Positions 14,518-24,168 of a stretch of 64,000 bases of DNA are shown piece by piece. The notes beneath the pieces were generated by a model, which made no database searches, had not been told where the DNA came from, and worked only from the letters and a program-made list of their open reading frames with translations. The stretch is from a virus. The stretch lies in the IMG/VR virus record IMGVR_UViG_3300023176_002545, one strand, 5' to 3'. The translations under genes were made by a program, and so were the position numbers. Positions within the stretch are counted from its first letter, which is position 1. Each line of letters begins with the position of its first letter.

Positions 14518-16286
14518 TCCACTATGTCAATGTCATTCTCGTAGTTTGTAAATCCGTTTTCTTTTACAACTTTCATTACATGTGTCACACGTCCAACTAA
14601 TTCGTCTTTGTGTGAAATTAAGAATACATTTTTCTCCTGTTCACGGCCCATCTTCTTAAGAACTGCAAGGCTATTTTCAACACCTGCTGTGTCCATTCCA
14701 CTGTCAATGAGCTCATCAATAAACAATAGATTAATTTTTTGATACAGGCTTTCCCAAACATCGCGGAAAGCAAAACTCATACCAAGTATTAATCTGTTGC
14801 GTTCTCCTCTACTTAGATTATCAAAGTCTAGGTCTTGTCCTAGTTGAGTAATTTCAACGTTCAAATCATTTTGGAATACAACTTGATGGGGCAGTCCTAG
14901 TTTGTCTAAGTAGTAGGTTAATCTGTTGTTCAAATATGCAAGATTCTGATCAATAATTTTCTTACGAATAAACGAGTCTTTGTTTGTTAATAGTTTTAAC
15001 AAGAACTCTTGATGATCTTTAAAGTTTGTAAGATCATTTACCGCTGACCAATCTAGTTCTTGTATAGCAGTATGTTTTAGATCGTCAATTTGTGATTGAT
15101 AAGGATCTTCCTCGCTTGTTTTTCCTTCAAGCGAATGTTTTAGTGCATCAACGTTCTTTCTATGTTCGTATGCTTCTTTAGCAGTTTCATAAAATGTGTT
15201 AGGACGACCGTTGATATCACCAATTTGTTTAAGTTCTAACAACACACTGTCTAGTTTACCAGCAACTTCTGTTTGATATGCTAGTGCATCGTGTAATTCT
15301 TTAGACTTTCTTGACAAAATTTCATCTTTTTTGTCTGCGTGAAGCGGTTGATTACAAGTGTAACACACCGCATCTTCAAGATTTGCGATGTCTTTTTCAG
15401 CTTTTTCAACAGAACCATTGGCACGTAGTAGTGCAGAGTCTAGTGTGCTTTTTTCTTTATTAAGAGCCGTAATTGCTGTGTTTAATTCAGTCCAATTTTG
15501 CAATTTTTCATGTGCTTCTAGTTCTGCTTCAATGTCTAAATGTTCTAGTTCGTCTATGCCTTGTTGCAGTTTAGCAACATCTTGTTGCTTTTTAGCATTC
15601 CATGCACGTTGTTTGCTTTCTAAGTTTGAAATAGTTTCTTCAATCTTTTTATTTGCACTAGTGATAGCATCAATCTTTAGTGTTTCTTCTGTAATTGCAT
15701 CTCTAGTATTGCGAATTTGTTCTTTTAGTGTTTCTGCTTTTTCAGACAGAATAGTAATACCTAGCAACTGTTCAATAATAGCACGTTGATCATTTTGCTT
15801 CATGCTTAGGAACGGTTCTGTGTAGGTATTAAGTGCAACAATATGTTTGAACATATCGTGACTCATGTCTAGCAGTTCATTAATGTCTTCTTGTGTTTTG
15901 CGACTGTCGCCTTGCGACTCGTCAAGCATTTCCTGCTCTTGATTGTTTATATAAAACTTAAGAACGTTAGGACTACGACCACGTTCAATACGATAGTCTG
16001 TACCATTCTTTTCAAAATGAAGTGTAACCAACATGCCTTTGCTGTTAGTTTTGTTAATCAAATTATTGCGTTTAATATTTGTAAGTGCTTGTCCATACAG
16101 TGCATAGCTCAACGCATTGATTATTGTAGTTTTACCTGTACCATTACGTGATCCAGTATCGTCTCCGCCTTGATCTAAATTCTCACCAAGTACAAGTGTT
16201 AGTTGTTCTTTGTTAAAGTCTACAGCCTGGGTTTGATTCCCCACACTCATAAAGTTTTTTACTGTTAGGTCTTTAATTCTAATCAT
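14514..16286 (-). CDS. gp46: Recombination endonuclease ATPase subunit (gp46 / Rad50 / SbcC-like)
   Basis: Walker A NGTGKTT, coiled coils with a CYTC zinc hook, signature LSRGE, Walker B LFIDE and ISH. Confidence 0.95.
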   Translation of the reverse strand: MIRIKDLTVKNFMSVGNQTQAVDFNKEQLTLVLGENLDQGGDDTGSRNGTGKTTIINALSYALYGQALTNIKRNNLINKTNSKGMLVTLHFEKNGTDYRIERGRSPNVLKFYINNQEQEMLDESQGDSRKTQEDINELLDMSHDMFKHIVALNTYTEPFLSMKQNDQRAIIEQLLGITILSEKAETLKEQIRNTRDAITEETLKIDAITSANKKIEETISNLESKQRAWNAKKQQDVAKLQQGIDELEHLDIEAELEAHEKLQNWTELNTAITALNKEKSTLDSALLRANGSVEKAEKDIANLEDAVCYTCNQPLHADKKDEILSRKSKELHDALAYQTEVAGKLDSVLLELKQIGDINGRPNTFYETAKEAYEHRKNVDALKHSLEGKTSEEDPYQSQIDDLKHTAIQELDWSAVNDLTNFKDHQEFLLKLLTNKDSFIRKKIIDQNLAYLNNRLTYYLDKLGLPHQVVFQNDLNVEITQLGQDLDFDNLSRGERNRLILGMSFAFRDVWESLYQKINLLFIDELIDSGMDTAGVENSLAVLKKMGREQEKNVFLISHKDELVGRVTHVMKVVKENGFTNYENDIDIVE

Positions 16287-17297
16287 TTATAGCTCGTTAT
16301 AGATGTCTAGCAGCATTTTTTTGTCAAAGTTGTCTGTGTCTAATGCTGTAATTTCGCCTGCAACAATTTGATCAACACTTTCAAACTGTGCAATGTCAAG
16401 TTCTGTTGTAATTTCTTCTACCTGCTTCTGAGGAATAAGAGTAATTTCTCTACAACCGTACTCGTTAATAAATGTTTCTTTGATAAAACTTGCTTCCTCA
16501 TATGATAGCGGAAGATCAATAGTTACACGAAGATACATTTTACTTTTAAGAATCTTTTGATTTGGGTCTAGTAGTTCGCTTAGTTTAACTGTGCGATACT
16601 TAGGACACTCTGACCAGTTGATGTACTCTGGCTCTGCATTGTTTTCTTTGTCAAGAATCATCATGCCACGGTCATCATCCCATGCATCTGCATAGTTGTG
16701 TGGAAACGCATTACCAATGTAATGCACTTTGCCTTGCTTTTGACGTTTGTGGAAGTGTCCGCTAAACACATATTCTTGATTTTTAAAATGCTCAGCACGT
16801 AAGTCACCGTGATCCGGCATCTGTACCATAGCATTCATGTAGAAACTTGGAAGTTCAAAATGTCCAAACATATATTTGGTTTTTATATCACTTATCTTCT
16901 TCCATTCATCACCAACAAGCCACGGAACAAGTGCAACGTCATCTTCTATCGTAACTTTATCTACAAATGTAATACCTGGGATATACTTTGCAAATGCAGT
17001 ACTGTTAACATCACGCTTGTCTTTGTAGTACAAGTCGTGGTTACCGTCAAAGAAGTAAAACTTCTCAAATGCTGCACCTAGTTTTTCCATTGAACGTATG
17101 GTTGCATCCATAGTTGTAAGGTTAAGACTGTTACGATTGTGATGCCAATCGCCACAGAAAATACCTGTTTCGCAACCATTTGCTTTTGCTTGTTCAATAA
17201 ACCAATCTACAAATGCTTCGCAGTCGTCATTGTGTGTCTTGCTATTGCCTTTTAGTCCAAAATGGATGTCCGTAAACACCGCTGCTTTCTTAAACAA
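16287..17297 (-). CDS. gp47: Recombination endonuclease nuclease subunit (gp47 / Mre11 / SbcD-like)
   Basis: Metallophosphoesterase motifs DIHFG, GDWHH, GNHD and SGHFH; TTG start with caggag RBS. Confidence 0.95.
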   Translation of the reverse strand: MFKKAAVFTDIHFGLKGNSKTHNDDCEAFVDWFIEQAKANGCETGIFCGDWHHNRNSLNLTTMDATIRSMEKLGAAFEKFYFFDGNHDLYYKDKRDVNSTAFAKYIPGITFVDKVTIEDDVALVPWLVGDEWKKISDIKTKYMFGHFELPSFYMNAMVQMPDHGDLRAEHFKNQEYVFSGHFHKRQKQGKVHYIGNAFPHNYADAWDDDRGMMILDKENNAEPEYINWSECPKYRTVKLSELLDPNQKILKSKMYLRVTIDLPLSYEEASFIKETFINEYGCREITLIPQKQVEEITTELDIAQFESVDQIVAGEITALDTDNFDKKMLLDIYNEL

Positions 17298-17324
17298 GTC
17301 GTACTTCTCCTGTAGTTTTTTAAT

Positions 17325-17353
17325 ACTATACTATAGCATGCATCAAAAGTCAA
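17325..17353 (-). promoter_or_regulatory. sigma70-type promoter upstream of gp47
   Basis: TTGACT-N17-TATAGT on the minus strand. Confidence 0.7.
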
Positions 17354-17356
17354 CCA

Positions 17357-18184
17357 TTAATCGGATGAATTTTCGTTCAATCTTGCCATTTGTGATTCCC
17401 ATTCTGCATTACCTGTTCGTGTAAACGATGGATTCATTCCGTTTTGTTCAAGTATATCATCTCTGATGTTTTGATTGCGTTTCTCAATATTGATAACACG
17501 TACAAATGAGTTAGTGACAGCCGCTGTGTAGTATGCAAACGGGTTATTAGATTTGCTCTCATCAAATTGCAAACCAATCTGTGCCAATTGGAGGATTGCT
17601 TGTCCACGCATTTCGTCATTATAAGTATATCCTCTTACATTACCACGGGTAGCATAACGATCACACAGTTTCATCCACATAAGGGCTAGTTTATTTGTTG
17701 CTTTACCGTGTTTATGGTCAAAGTTTCCGTTTTCCATACCACCTTGCCAATGGCTTTTCCCTACACAAACAAGCTCATCGGTGTCGTTGAACTTGTAATG
17801 TTGGAACGGTGGAAAGTTTAATTTAACTTTTCGATCTGCATCGTTCTTTGGGTTCTTTTTGCGTCCGGGTTCGTCTGGTATATGATCAAAGGTCATAATA
17901 CGGAAAATTAGTTCTTCTTTGGTTATTTTTCTATAATCTATCTCGCAGTCTGCTTGTTTTACACGTTCTCCGGCTGCTTTACGTGCTTCATAGTCTGCTT
18001 GTGATAATCTTTTAGCCTTGTTTCTTTTGGCCTCTGCAATAGTTCTAATGTTAATTTTGTCTAAACTTGGTAAAATGATGTCATATTGATGATATTCTGG
18101 ATCAACATACGAACAAAATGTATTTTTTGATCTATGTATCTCTGCTAGAATGTCTTTGTTGTTAAGGTAGTTTACTCTTTTCAT
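17357..18184 (-). CDS. gp55: Late-transcription sigma factor (T4 gp55-like)
   Basis: YLNNKD start and YTYNDEMRGQA...FDESKSNNPFAYYT..VTNSF.R.I..EK motif; T4 synteny 55-47-46. Confidence 0.85.
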   Translation of the reverse strand: MKRVNYLNNKDILAEIHRSKNTFCSYVDPEYHQYDIILPSLDKINIRTIAEAKRNKAKRLSQADYEARKAAGERVKQADCEIDYRKITKEELIFRIMTFDHIPDEPGRKKNPKNDADRKVKLNFPPFQHYKFNDTDELVCVGKSHWQGGMENGNFDHKHGKATNKLALMWMKLCDRYATRGNVRGYTYNDEMRGQAILQLAQIGLQFDESKSNNPFAYYTAAVTNSFVRVINIEKRNQNIRDDILEQNGMNPSFTRTGNAEWESQMARLNENSSD

Positions 18185-18207
18185 ACCGGCTCCTGTTATT
18201 TGTTACT

Positions 18208-18236
18208 ATTATAATATACTCTGTTAATAAAGTCAA
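18208..18236 (-). promoter_or_regulatory. sigma70-type promoter upstream of gp55
   Basis: TTGACT-N17-TATAAT on the minus strand, back-to-back with a plus-strand TAAATA at 18238-18243. Confidence 0.8.
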
Positions 18237-18263
18237 CTAAATAATGTATAGGAGACAAGAAAA

Positions 18264-19130
18264 ATGTCATTTAGAAAAGTACTCAATACAGTTCAGCAAA
18301 CAGCAGCTACCGTTAGCACCGGCTTAAGAACTACTCAACAGTTGGCATCAGACATACAGTCTGGCAACGTTGGAAGGATCTTAAGAACAAGCAGATCATT
18401 AGTAAATCTTCTTAACGGTGGCACAAGCGGCAGTGTAACAGAAGCTAATTTTCCAAGCAGTGGCGATTGGCGTGTTAGACTTTCTATGCCTGGACACTCA
18501 ACGTTTACAAGCAGTCCTTTACTTGCACCGTTAAGAAAAACAGGCGGACTTGTTTTCCCTTATACTCCTACAGTTAACATTGTACATTCAGCAAATTATA
18601 ATGCAATAGCACCTACACATACTAATTATCCAACACAAGCATACAGAAATAGTAGCGTAGATCAAATCACAGTATCTGCTCAGTTCTTCAATGAAACAGA
18701 AGAAGAAGGCAAATATTGGCTGGGTGTACTACATTATTTAAGAAGTGTAACAAAAATGGCTTACGGGTCTGGCAACGGAGACATACAAGGTTCTCCACCA
18801 CCTGTACTACGCTTTAGCGGTTATGGCGACTATGTTTTTAACGGCGTTCCGGTAGTTGTACAAAACTTTACAATTGACCTATCTCCTGACACAGACTACA
18901 TAGCAGTCAATCCGGGTGGTGCATCGTCAGCCCTTAGTGCTGCTCTTAGTACAATTGAATCTGTTGCAGGAGGTAGTGTTCCCACATCAAGCAACGGATC
19001 AGTACATGTTCCAGTGCAAAGTTTGGTTAGTATTACATTATTACCTACTTATAGTAGACGTGAACAAGAAAAATTTAGTCTACGTCAATTTGTTAATGGC
19101 GATTTAGTAAGCGGCAAAGGATACATCTAA
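18264..19130 (+). CDS. Baseplate tail-tube initiator (gp48/gp54-like, tube fold)
   Basis: LVFPYTPTV, YLRSVTKM.YG and GSPPPVLRFSGYG..VF..VPVVV..F motifs; first gene of the baseplate run. Confidence 0.7.
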   Translation: MSFRKVLNTVQQTAATVSTGLRTTQQLASDIQSGNVGRILRTSRSLVNLLNGGTSGSVTEANFPSSGDWRVRLSMPGHSTFTSSPLLAPLRKTGGLVFPYTPTVNIVHSANYNAIAPTHTNYPTQAYRNSSVDQITVSAQFFNETEEEGKYWLGVLHYLRSVTKMAYGSGNGDIQGSPPPVLRFSGYGDYVFNGVPVVVQNFTIDLSPDTDYIAVNPGGASSALSAALSTIESVAGGSVPTSSNGSVHVPVQSLVSITLLPTYSRREQEKFSLRQFVNGDLVSGKGYI

Positions 19131-19432
19131 TGGCAGAATATCAAAAATCAAGTCCTTGGGCAAAAACAAACTATAGTTTAAATGGAGCACTAAGTCATTT
19201 TCAAATAAGAACAATCCCTGCAGAAGCTGATGATGTTTTGTATGAGCTAGAACCTCAGTACATCTACAGACCAGATTTGCTTTCTTATGATATTTACGGT
19301 ACTCCAAAATTGTGGTGGGTATTTGCACAAAGAAACATGGATGTTATACAAGATCCTATATATGACTTCATACCAGGAACACAAATATATCTTCCTAAAA
19401 AGGATAATTTACTAAGAGTACTGGGAGTTTAA
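19130..19432 (+). CDS. Baseplate wedge LysM-type protein (gp53-like)
   Basis: YRPDLLSYDIYGTPKLWWVFAQRN...DPIYDF.PG..IYLP. Confidence 0.85.
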   Translation: MAEYQKSSPWAKTNYSLNGALSHFQIRTIPAEADDVLYELEPQYIYRPDLLSYDIYGTPKLWWVFAQRNMDVIQDPIYDFIPGTQIYLPKKDNLLRVLGV

Positions 19433-19435
19433 CAT

Positions 19436-22072
19436 ATGGCAAGACCTACAGGTGATAGGCTGCTTGAAGGCATCAACAGAGTAGACAATGCCCTTCAACG
19501 AGTAGAACAAGTTGAAAGAACATGGAACGAAGCAGTTAATGCTGTAAACGAAGTTCGTGCCTTAGGACAAGACATTGCAAATACAACTAAAGCTCTAGTA
19601 ACTGATGCTAAAGCCCTTCTTAGCGGTGATATGTTTAAAGGAAGCAGTTTATCAGCTGCACTAAATTCTTTAAATATTTTTCCATCTGCAAAACCAAATA
19701 TACTAGAACAATTTAGAACACACAACTATATTTTTGAATTAAGTTGTCTTAGCCAATCTGATTTTAATGACCCAGGCGGCGGCTATAGAAATAGAGCACC
19801 TAGTCAAGTTATACTAAGAAGCGGTGGTGGTGCAAACCCTAAAGTAACAACTCCGTTTGAAAGAGGCGGCAAAGTTGAATATTTTATTGACAATGTAGAA
19901 ATACAAACAGTAATGGCTAACGCTGATATAACAGGAACAAGTAATGCTACTAGTATTTTGTTTGATGTTACAGAACCGTTGTCAATGGGACTATTTTTAC
20001 AAAGTTTACAAAATGCTGCTTTAACATTGGGATATGCAAACTATCTCGAAGCTCCGTTTATGTTAACAATAGAATTTGTTGGTCATACAGATGACGATCA
20101 AACAATTAACATACCAATTGCTAAACGATATATTCCTATACAGCTATACGAAGCAAAAATGCGTGTTAGTGAAGCTGGCACTGTATACAGTGTTCGAGGT
20201 ATTCCTTATAACCATGCTACTCTTGCAGATAGTGTTAACAAAGTAAATGTTAGTACAACAATTACTATACCTGAAGACGGCGAAGGTACTGTACAAGAAA
20301 TGTTACAAAAAGGTGATACTAGTTTGTCTGGCGTAGTAAACAAGTACTATGCAGACCGTGTTGCAAGTCAACCCAATGCCTCTGTGCAAGAAATTTTTAT
20401 AGTATTTCCAAAAGAATCTGGAGGCGGTGGCGGCGGTCTTGGTTCTATTACTGGAGCAGTAAGTTCAACGTTAGGTGCAACAGCAAGTCCTACAGAACTT
20501 TTAGGAACTATCGGAACAGCAGCAGGAACAGTAAACAATGCAGTAGGACAAATTCGAGGAGGACTGTCAGCATTTAATGTTGATACTTCAAAACTTGATA
20601 AAGTACAAAGCGATTTACAGAATGCAACAGAAATCGCAAATGCAGCTATTCAAGTAGTTAATACTATTAGTTCTTTAGGATCACAAGCAAGCTCTGTTTT
20701 ATCTAGTGCAATAGGAAGAATAGGAGGAGCATTTGCTCCTAAATCGGCTGGAGAATCTCAACAAAGAAGATCAGAAGGTGAAGCAAGAATTTCTCAAGCT
20801 CAATCAGCAGCTGATGCATTTCGTATTGGCGGAGTCCAAGCATCAAGAACAGGAAACACAAATACTTTATATCAAGACGCCGGAAGTTTAAACACTATTG
20901 GTAGTTCAAAAATGGGATTTGAACAAATAAGTCCAGGAAACTCTCCGCAACCATTAGCAGCTGAAACTACAAACGATGATGGCACATTTAAAAGAGGAAA
21001 TGTTACAATTTCTGCAAATAGAAGAGAATATACATTTCCAGCAGGAACTAAAATTACAAAAATAATTGAAGAAGTAATTATATCTTCAGAATGGGGTCAA
21101 AAATTTGCTGAACGTAGAGATAGCCAAGGATTTGTTGAATGGTTTACTATAGATCCACAAGTTTATCTAATTGGAAATTCAGCAACTGATGCTGCTAAAG
21201 GCGGCATGAGCAAAGTTTATGTTTATAGAGTAGTACCTATGAAGGTTCATTCTAGTAAATTTTCTCCGCCGACAGCACAAGGCCAAGGATATGGACAAAT
21301 AGCACCAAATGTAACAAAGGTCTATGATTACATTTATACAGGAAAGAACAAAAGTATATTAGATTTTAATATTGAATTTAATTTAGCATTTGTTACAGCA
21401 GTACAAGCAGACTTGGGTAATAATACAAACACTCAAGGTACTCAAACTACAGAGACTGACATTCCTACTAACTCTCAAACGGCTGAAGGTTCTGCAACAG
21501 CTTCACAAGGCGGAAACGCCGGAGTTGTTACGGCGGTGCAATACAATAATGCTCCGGTTGGTGGTGCAGCAGTTGAAACTCCGCAAATTAGAAGTGCAAG
21601 AATGTTTCATGATGTTATATTAAACAACCAAGCAGATATGGTTGAATTAGATATGACAATAATAGGAGATCCTTATTTTTTAGCAGATAGTGGAATGGGA
21701 AATTATACAGCTGACCTTGGACCAACAACTACAATAACATCAGACGGAACAATGGATTATCAAAGAACTGAAATTGATGTTGTTGTTAATTTTAGAACTC
21801 CGTTAGATTACGGCGGTCCAGGAGGCTACATGGAAATGTTAAGTGATACTGTTCCTGTTGGTCCTTTTAGCGGACTGTATATGGTTACTGACGTAAGGAA
21901 TTCATTTAATCAAGGTGAATTTCAACAAGAATTACATTTAGTTAGAAGAAGAAATCAAGAAGCTGACTTAACAGCCTCTGGCGGTAGCGGAACAATGTTA
22001 GCGTCAACTGATCGTGCAGATCCAAATAGATCTTTAGATCCTACAATGGATGGACAACAACCTCAGGAGTAA
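19436..22072 (+). CDS. Baseplate hub protein (gp27-like)
   Basis: 878 aa between gp53-like and spike genes; YDYIYTGKN..ILDFNIEFN, MTIIGDPYF and SGLYMV..V...F..GEF.Q.L motifs. Confidence 0.7.
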   Translation: MARPTGDRLLEGINRVDNALQRVEQVERTWNEAVNAVNEVRALGQDIANTTKALVTDAKALLSGDMFKGSSLSAALNSLNIFPSAKPNILEQFRTHNYIFELSCLSQSDFNDPGGGYRNRAPSQVILRSGGGANPKVTTPFERGGKVEYFIDNVEIQTVMANADITGTSNATSILFDVTEPLSMGLFLQSLQNAALTLGYANYLEAPFMLTIEFVGHTDDDQTINIPIAKRYIPIQLYEAKMRVSEAGTVYSVRGIPYNHATLADSVNKVNVSTTITIPEDGEGTVQEMLQKGDTSLSGVVNKYYADRVASQPNASVQEIFIVFPKESGGGGGGLGSITGAVSSTLGATASPTELLGTIGTAAGTVNNAVGQIRGGLSAFNVDTSKLDKVQSDLQNATEIANAAIQVVNTISSLGSQASSVLSSAIGRIGGAFAPKSAGESQQRRSEGEARISQAQSAADAFRIGGVQASRTGNTNTLYQDAGSLNTIGSSKMGFEQISPGNSPQPLAAETTNDDGTFKRGNVTISANRREYTFPAGTKITKIIEEVIISSEWGQKFAERRDSQGFVEWFTIDPQVYLIGNSATDAAKGGMSKVYVYRVVPMKVHSSKFSPPTAQGQGYGQIAPNVTKVYDYIYTGKNKSILDFNIEFNLAFVTAVQADLGNNTNTQGTQTTETDIPTNSQTAEGSATASQGGNAGVVTAVQYNNAPVGGAAVETPQIRSARMFHDVILNNQADMVELDMTIIGDPYFLADSGMGNYTADLGPTTTITSDGTMDYQRTEIDVVVNFRTPLDYGGPGGYMEMLSDTVPVGPFSGLYMVTDVRNSFNQGEFQQELHLVRRRNQEADLTASGGSGTMLASTDRADPNRSLDPTMDGQQPQE

Positions 22073-22074
22073 GA

Positions 22075-23652
22075 ATGCCCAATCAAACAAGAACAGCCAA
22101 TAATGTACCTCAAGAGTTAAGTGCTGGCCCATTTAAAGCCAAAGTAATGAAACATCTTGATGGCGGCCGTATGGGCACACTTATGGTTAGTTTAATGAAA
22201 GAAACAGAATCAGGAGATGTCCAAGGTGAAGACAGTCAACTGATAACAGCAAGATATTTAAGTCCGTTTTATGGAACAACCGGTAAACAGGTTTTAAAAA
22301 ACAACAAAGACTTTAATAGCACACAACAAGCATATGGCTTTTGGATGGTTCCTCCCGATGTTGGAACTATTGTTCTTATAATTTTTGTTGAAGGAACAAC
22401 TAAAGAATGTTTTTGGATAGGCTGTGTACAAGATGAATTTATTAATATGCAAGTTCCAGGTGTTGCTCCTGCTACAGATGTTCGTTGGAAAGATGATGAA
22501 CCAGGAGACATTACAGGCAAAAGATTACCAACAGGTGAAATAAACACTGCACTAGAAGAAAACAAAGCTAACAGTAATCCTACATCAATTAAACGTCCAT
22601 ATCATCCACATCAAGCAGCATTTTTGCAAGAGCAAGGATTGCTAGATGATTGGGTAAGAGGAACAACAAGTTCCAGTGCAAGACGTGATATACCTAGTAT
22701 GGTATTCGGAATAAGTTCACCTGGTCCTCTTGATTTTAAAGGTCCTAAAGCAAAATACGGCACACGAAATGACAATGTAATGCGTCCACATGTTAGGATG
22801 GGCGGCACTAGTATTGTAATGGATGACGGTGACGAAACACTACACAGGAAAAAGCCCGCCAGTGAAGGACCTATAGAATATTCTAAAGATGAAAAAACCA
22901 ATATTCCGTACAATGAATTGTTTAGGATTCGTACTAGAACAGGCCATCAAATACTTCTACACAACTCAGAAGATTTAATTTATATTGGCAATGCTAGAGG
23001 AACTAGTTGGATTGAAATGACTAGTAACGGTAAGATTGATATCTATGCCCAAGACAGTGTAAGTATTCATACTGAAAATGATTTTAACTTTAAAGCAGGT
23101 AGAGATATTAACCTAGAAGCAGGTAATGATATTAACCTTGTAGCAGCAAATAACATACAAGGCCAAGCAAGTGCTAATGTTAGTCTTAAAGCAGAAGCAG
23201 ACGGCTTAATTACTGTACAAGGAACACTTAACACTTATAGTTACGGCGACACAATGCTAACAACCGGTGCAAATATGAACCTGCACAGCGATGCTGATTC
23301 TATGTTTACTGCAACTGGCAAGACAAATATCAACAGTGCAGGCCACTACGAAACGGCTGGCGAAATACACATGAACGGTCCTACAGCAGCATCCGCAGCA
23401 ACAGCAGCACAAGCAAGTTCTGCAAACAAACCTGTGCGTGTTCCGTTACATGAACCTTGGTTTGGTCATGAACATTTAGACCCAGAAGCAGTAAAACCTG
23501 ATGCTACAGTAGCAATACCAGGTGATGGTGAACCAAATGAAAACATTGAAGGTAACACTAGAGCAAGTGAAATTGAGAATCTAGATGAAACACGATTCCC
23601 AGAAGAACCACCAGAGTTTCCAACAATTGATGATCCATTTAAGGCTAGTTAA
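22075..23652 (+). CDS. Central spike protein (gp5/VgrG-like; no lysozyme domain visible)
   Basis: OB-fold motif YGFWMVPPDVGT.VL..F, RTRTGHQI, a beta-helix repeat run and EPWFGHE. Confidence 0.85.
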   Translation: MPNQTRTANNVPQELSAGPFKAKVMKHLDGGRMGTLMVSLMKETESGDVQGEDSQLITARYLSPFYGTTGKQVLKNNKDFNSTQQAYGFWMVPPDVGTIVLIIFVEGTTKECFWIGCVQDEFINMQVPGVAPATDVRWKDDEPGDITGKRLPTGEINTALEENKANSNPTSIKRPYHPHQAAFLQEQGLLDDWVRGTTSSSARRDIPSMVFGISSPGPLDFKGPKAKYGTRNDNVMRPHVRMGGTSIVMDDGDETLHRKKPASEGPIEYSKDEKTNIPYNELFRIRTRTGHQILLHNSEDLIYIGNARGTSWIEMTSNGKIDIYAQDSVSIHTENDFNFKAGRDINLEAGNDINLVAANNIQGQASANVSLKAEADGLITVQGTLNTYSYGDTMLTTGANMNLHSDADSMFTATGKTNINSAGHYETAGEIHMNGPTAASAATAAQASSANKPVRVPLHEPWFGHEHLDPEAVKPDATVAIPGDGEPNENIEGNTRASEIENLDETRFPEEPPEFPTIDDPFKAS

Positions 23653-23669
23653 TAGGAAATAAATACGTT

Positions 23670-24110
23670 ATGGCAGATCAAAAACTATATAAAGACGTTG
23701 TAGTTACAACTCCAAAAAGGGCTAATGCTCCTGTTAAAAGCAGAGCTTATCGTGGTCTATCCACAGTAGCAAGAACTGCTGGCAATTCTTCGGTTTACGA
23801 TCTTGAACTTATTAAACAAGATCTTATAAACCATATGCACATTAGACAAGGAGAAAAATTAGAAAATCCGGAGTTTGGCTGCATTATATGGGATTTATTG
23901 TTTGAACCACTTACCGATAATCTAAAACAAGCTATTGCTGACAACATAACAGAAATTGTTAACTACGATCCTAGGATTCAAGTTGATAGAATCATAGTAG
24001 ACGAGTATGAATCAGGTATAATCATCGAATGCGAACTGTCATACTTACCTTACAACATATCAGAACAGTTGGTGTTTAAGTTTGATGAAGCAAACGGCTT
24101 ACTAGATTAA
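23670..24110 (+). CDS. gp25: Baseplate wedge / sheath-nucleating protein (gp25-like)
   Basis: LIKQDLINH..IRQGEKL.NPEFGC.IWDLLFEPL and YDPR motifs. Confidence 0.9.
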   Translation: MADQKLYKDVVVTTPKRANAPVKSRAYRGLSTVARTAGNSSVYDLELIKQDLINHMHIRQGEKLENPEFGCIIWDLLFEPLTDNLKQAIADNITEIVNYDPRIQVDRIIVDEYESGIIIECELSYLPYNISEQLVFKFDEANGLLD

Positions 24111-24168
24111 GTGCGTAGATAATCCAAACAAATAAATACATTATAACTAAGTTAAGGTAAGAAAGCAC

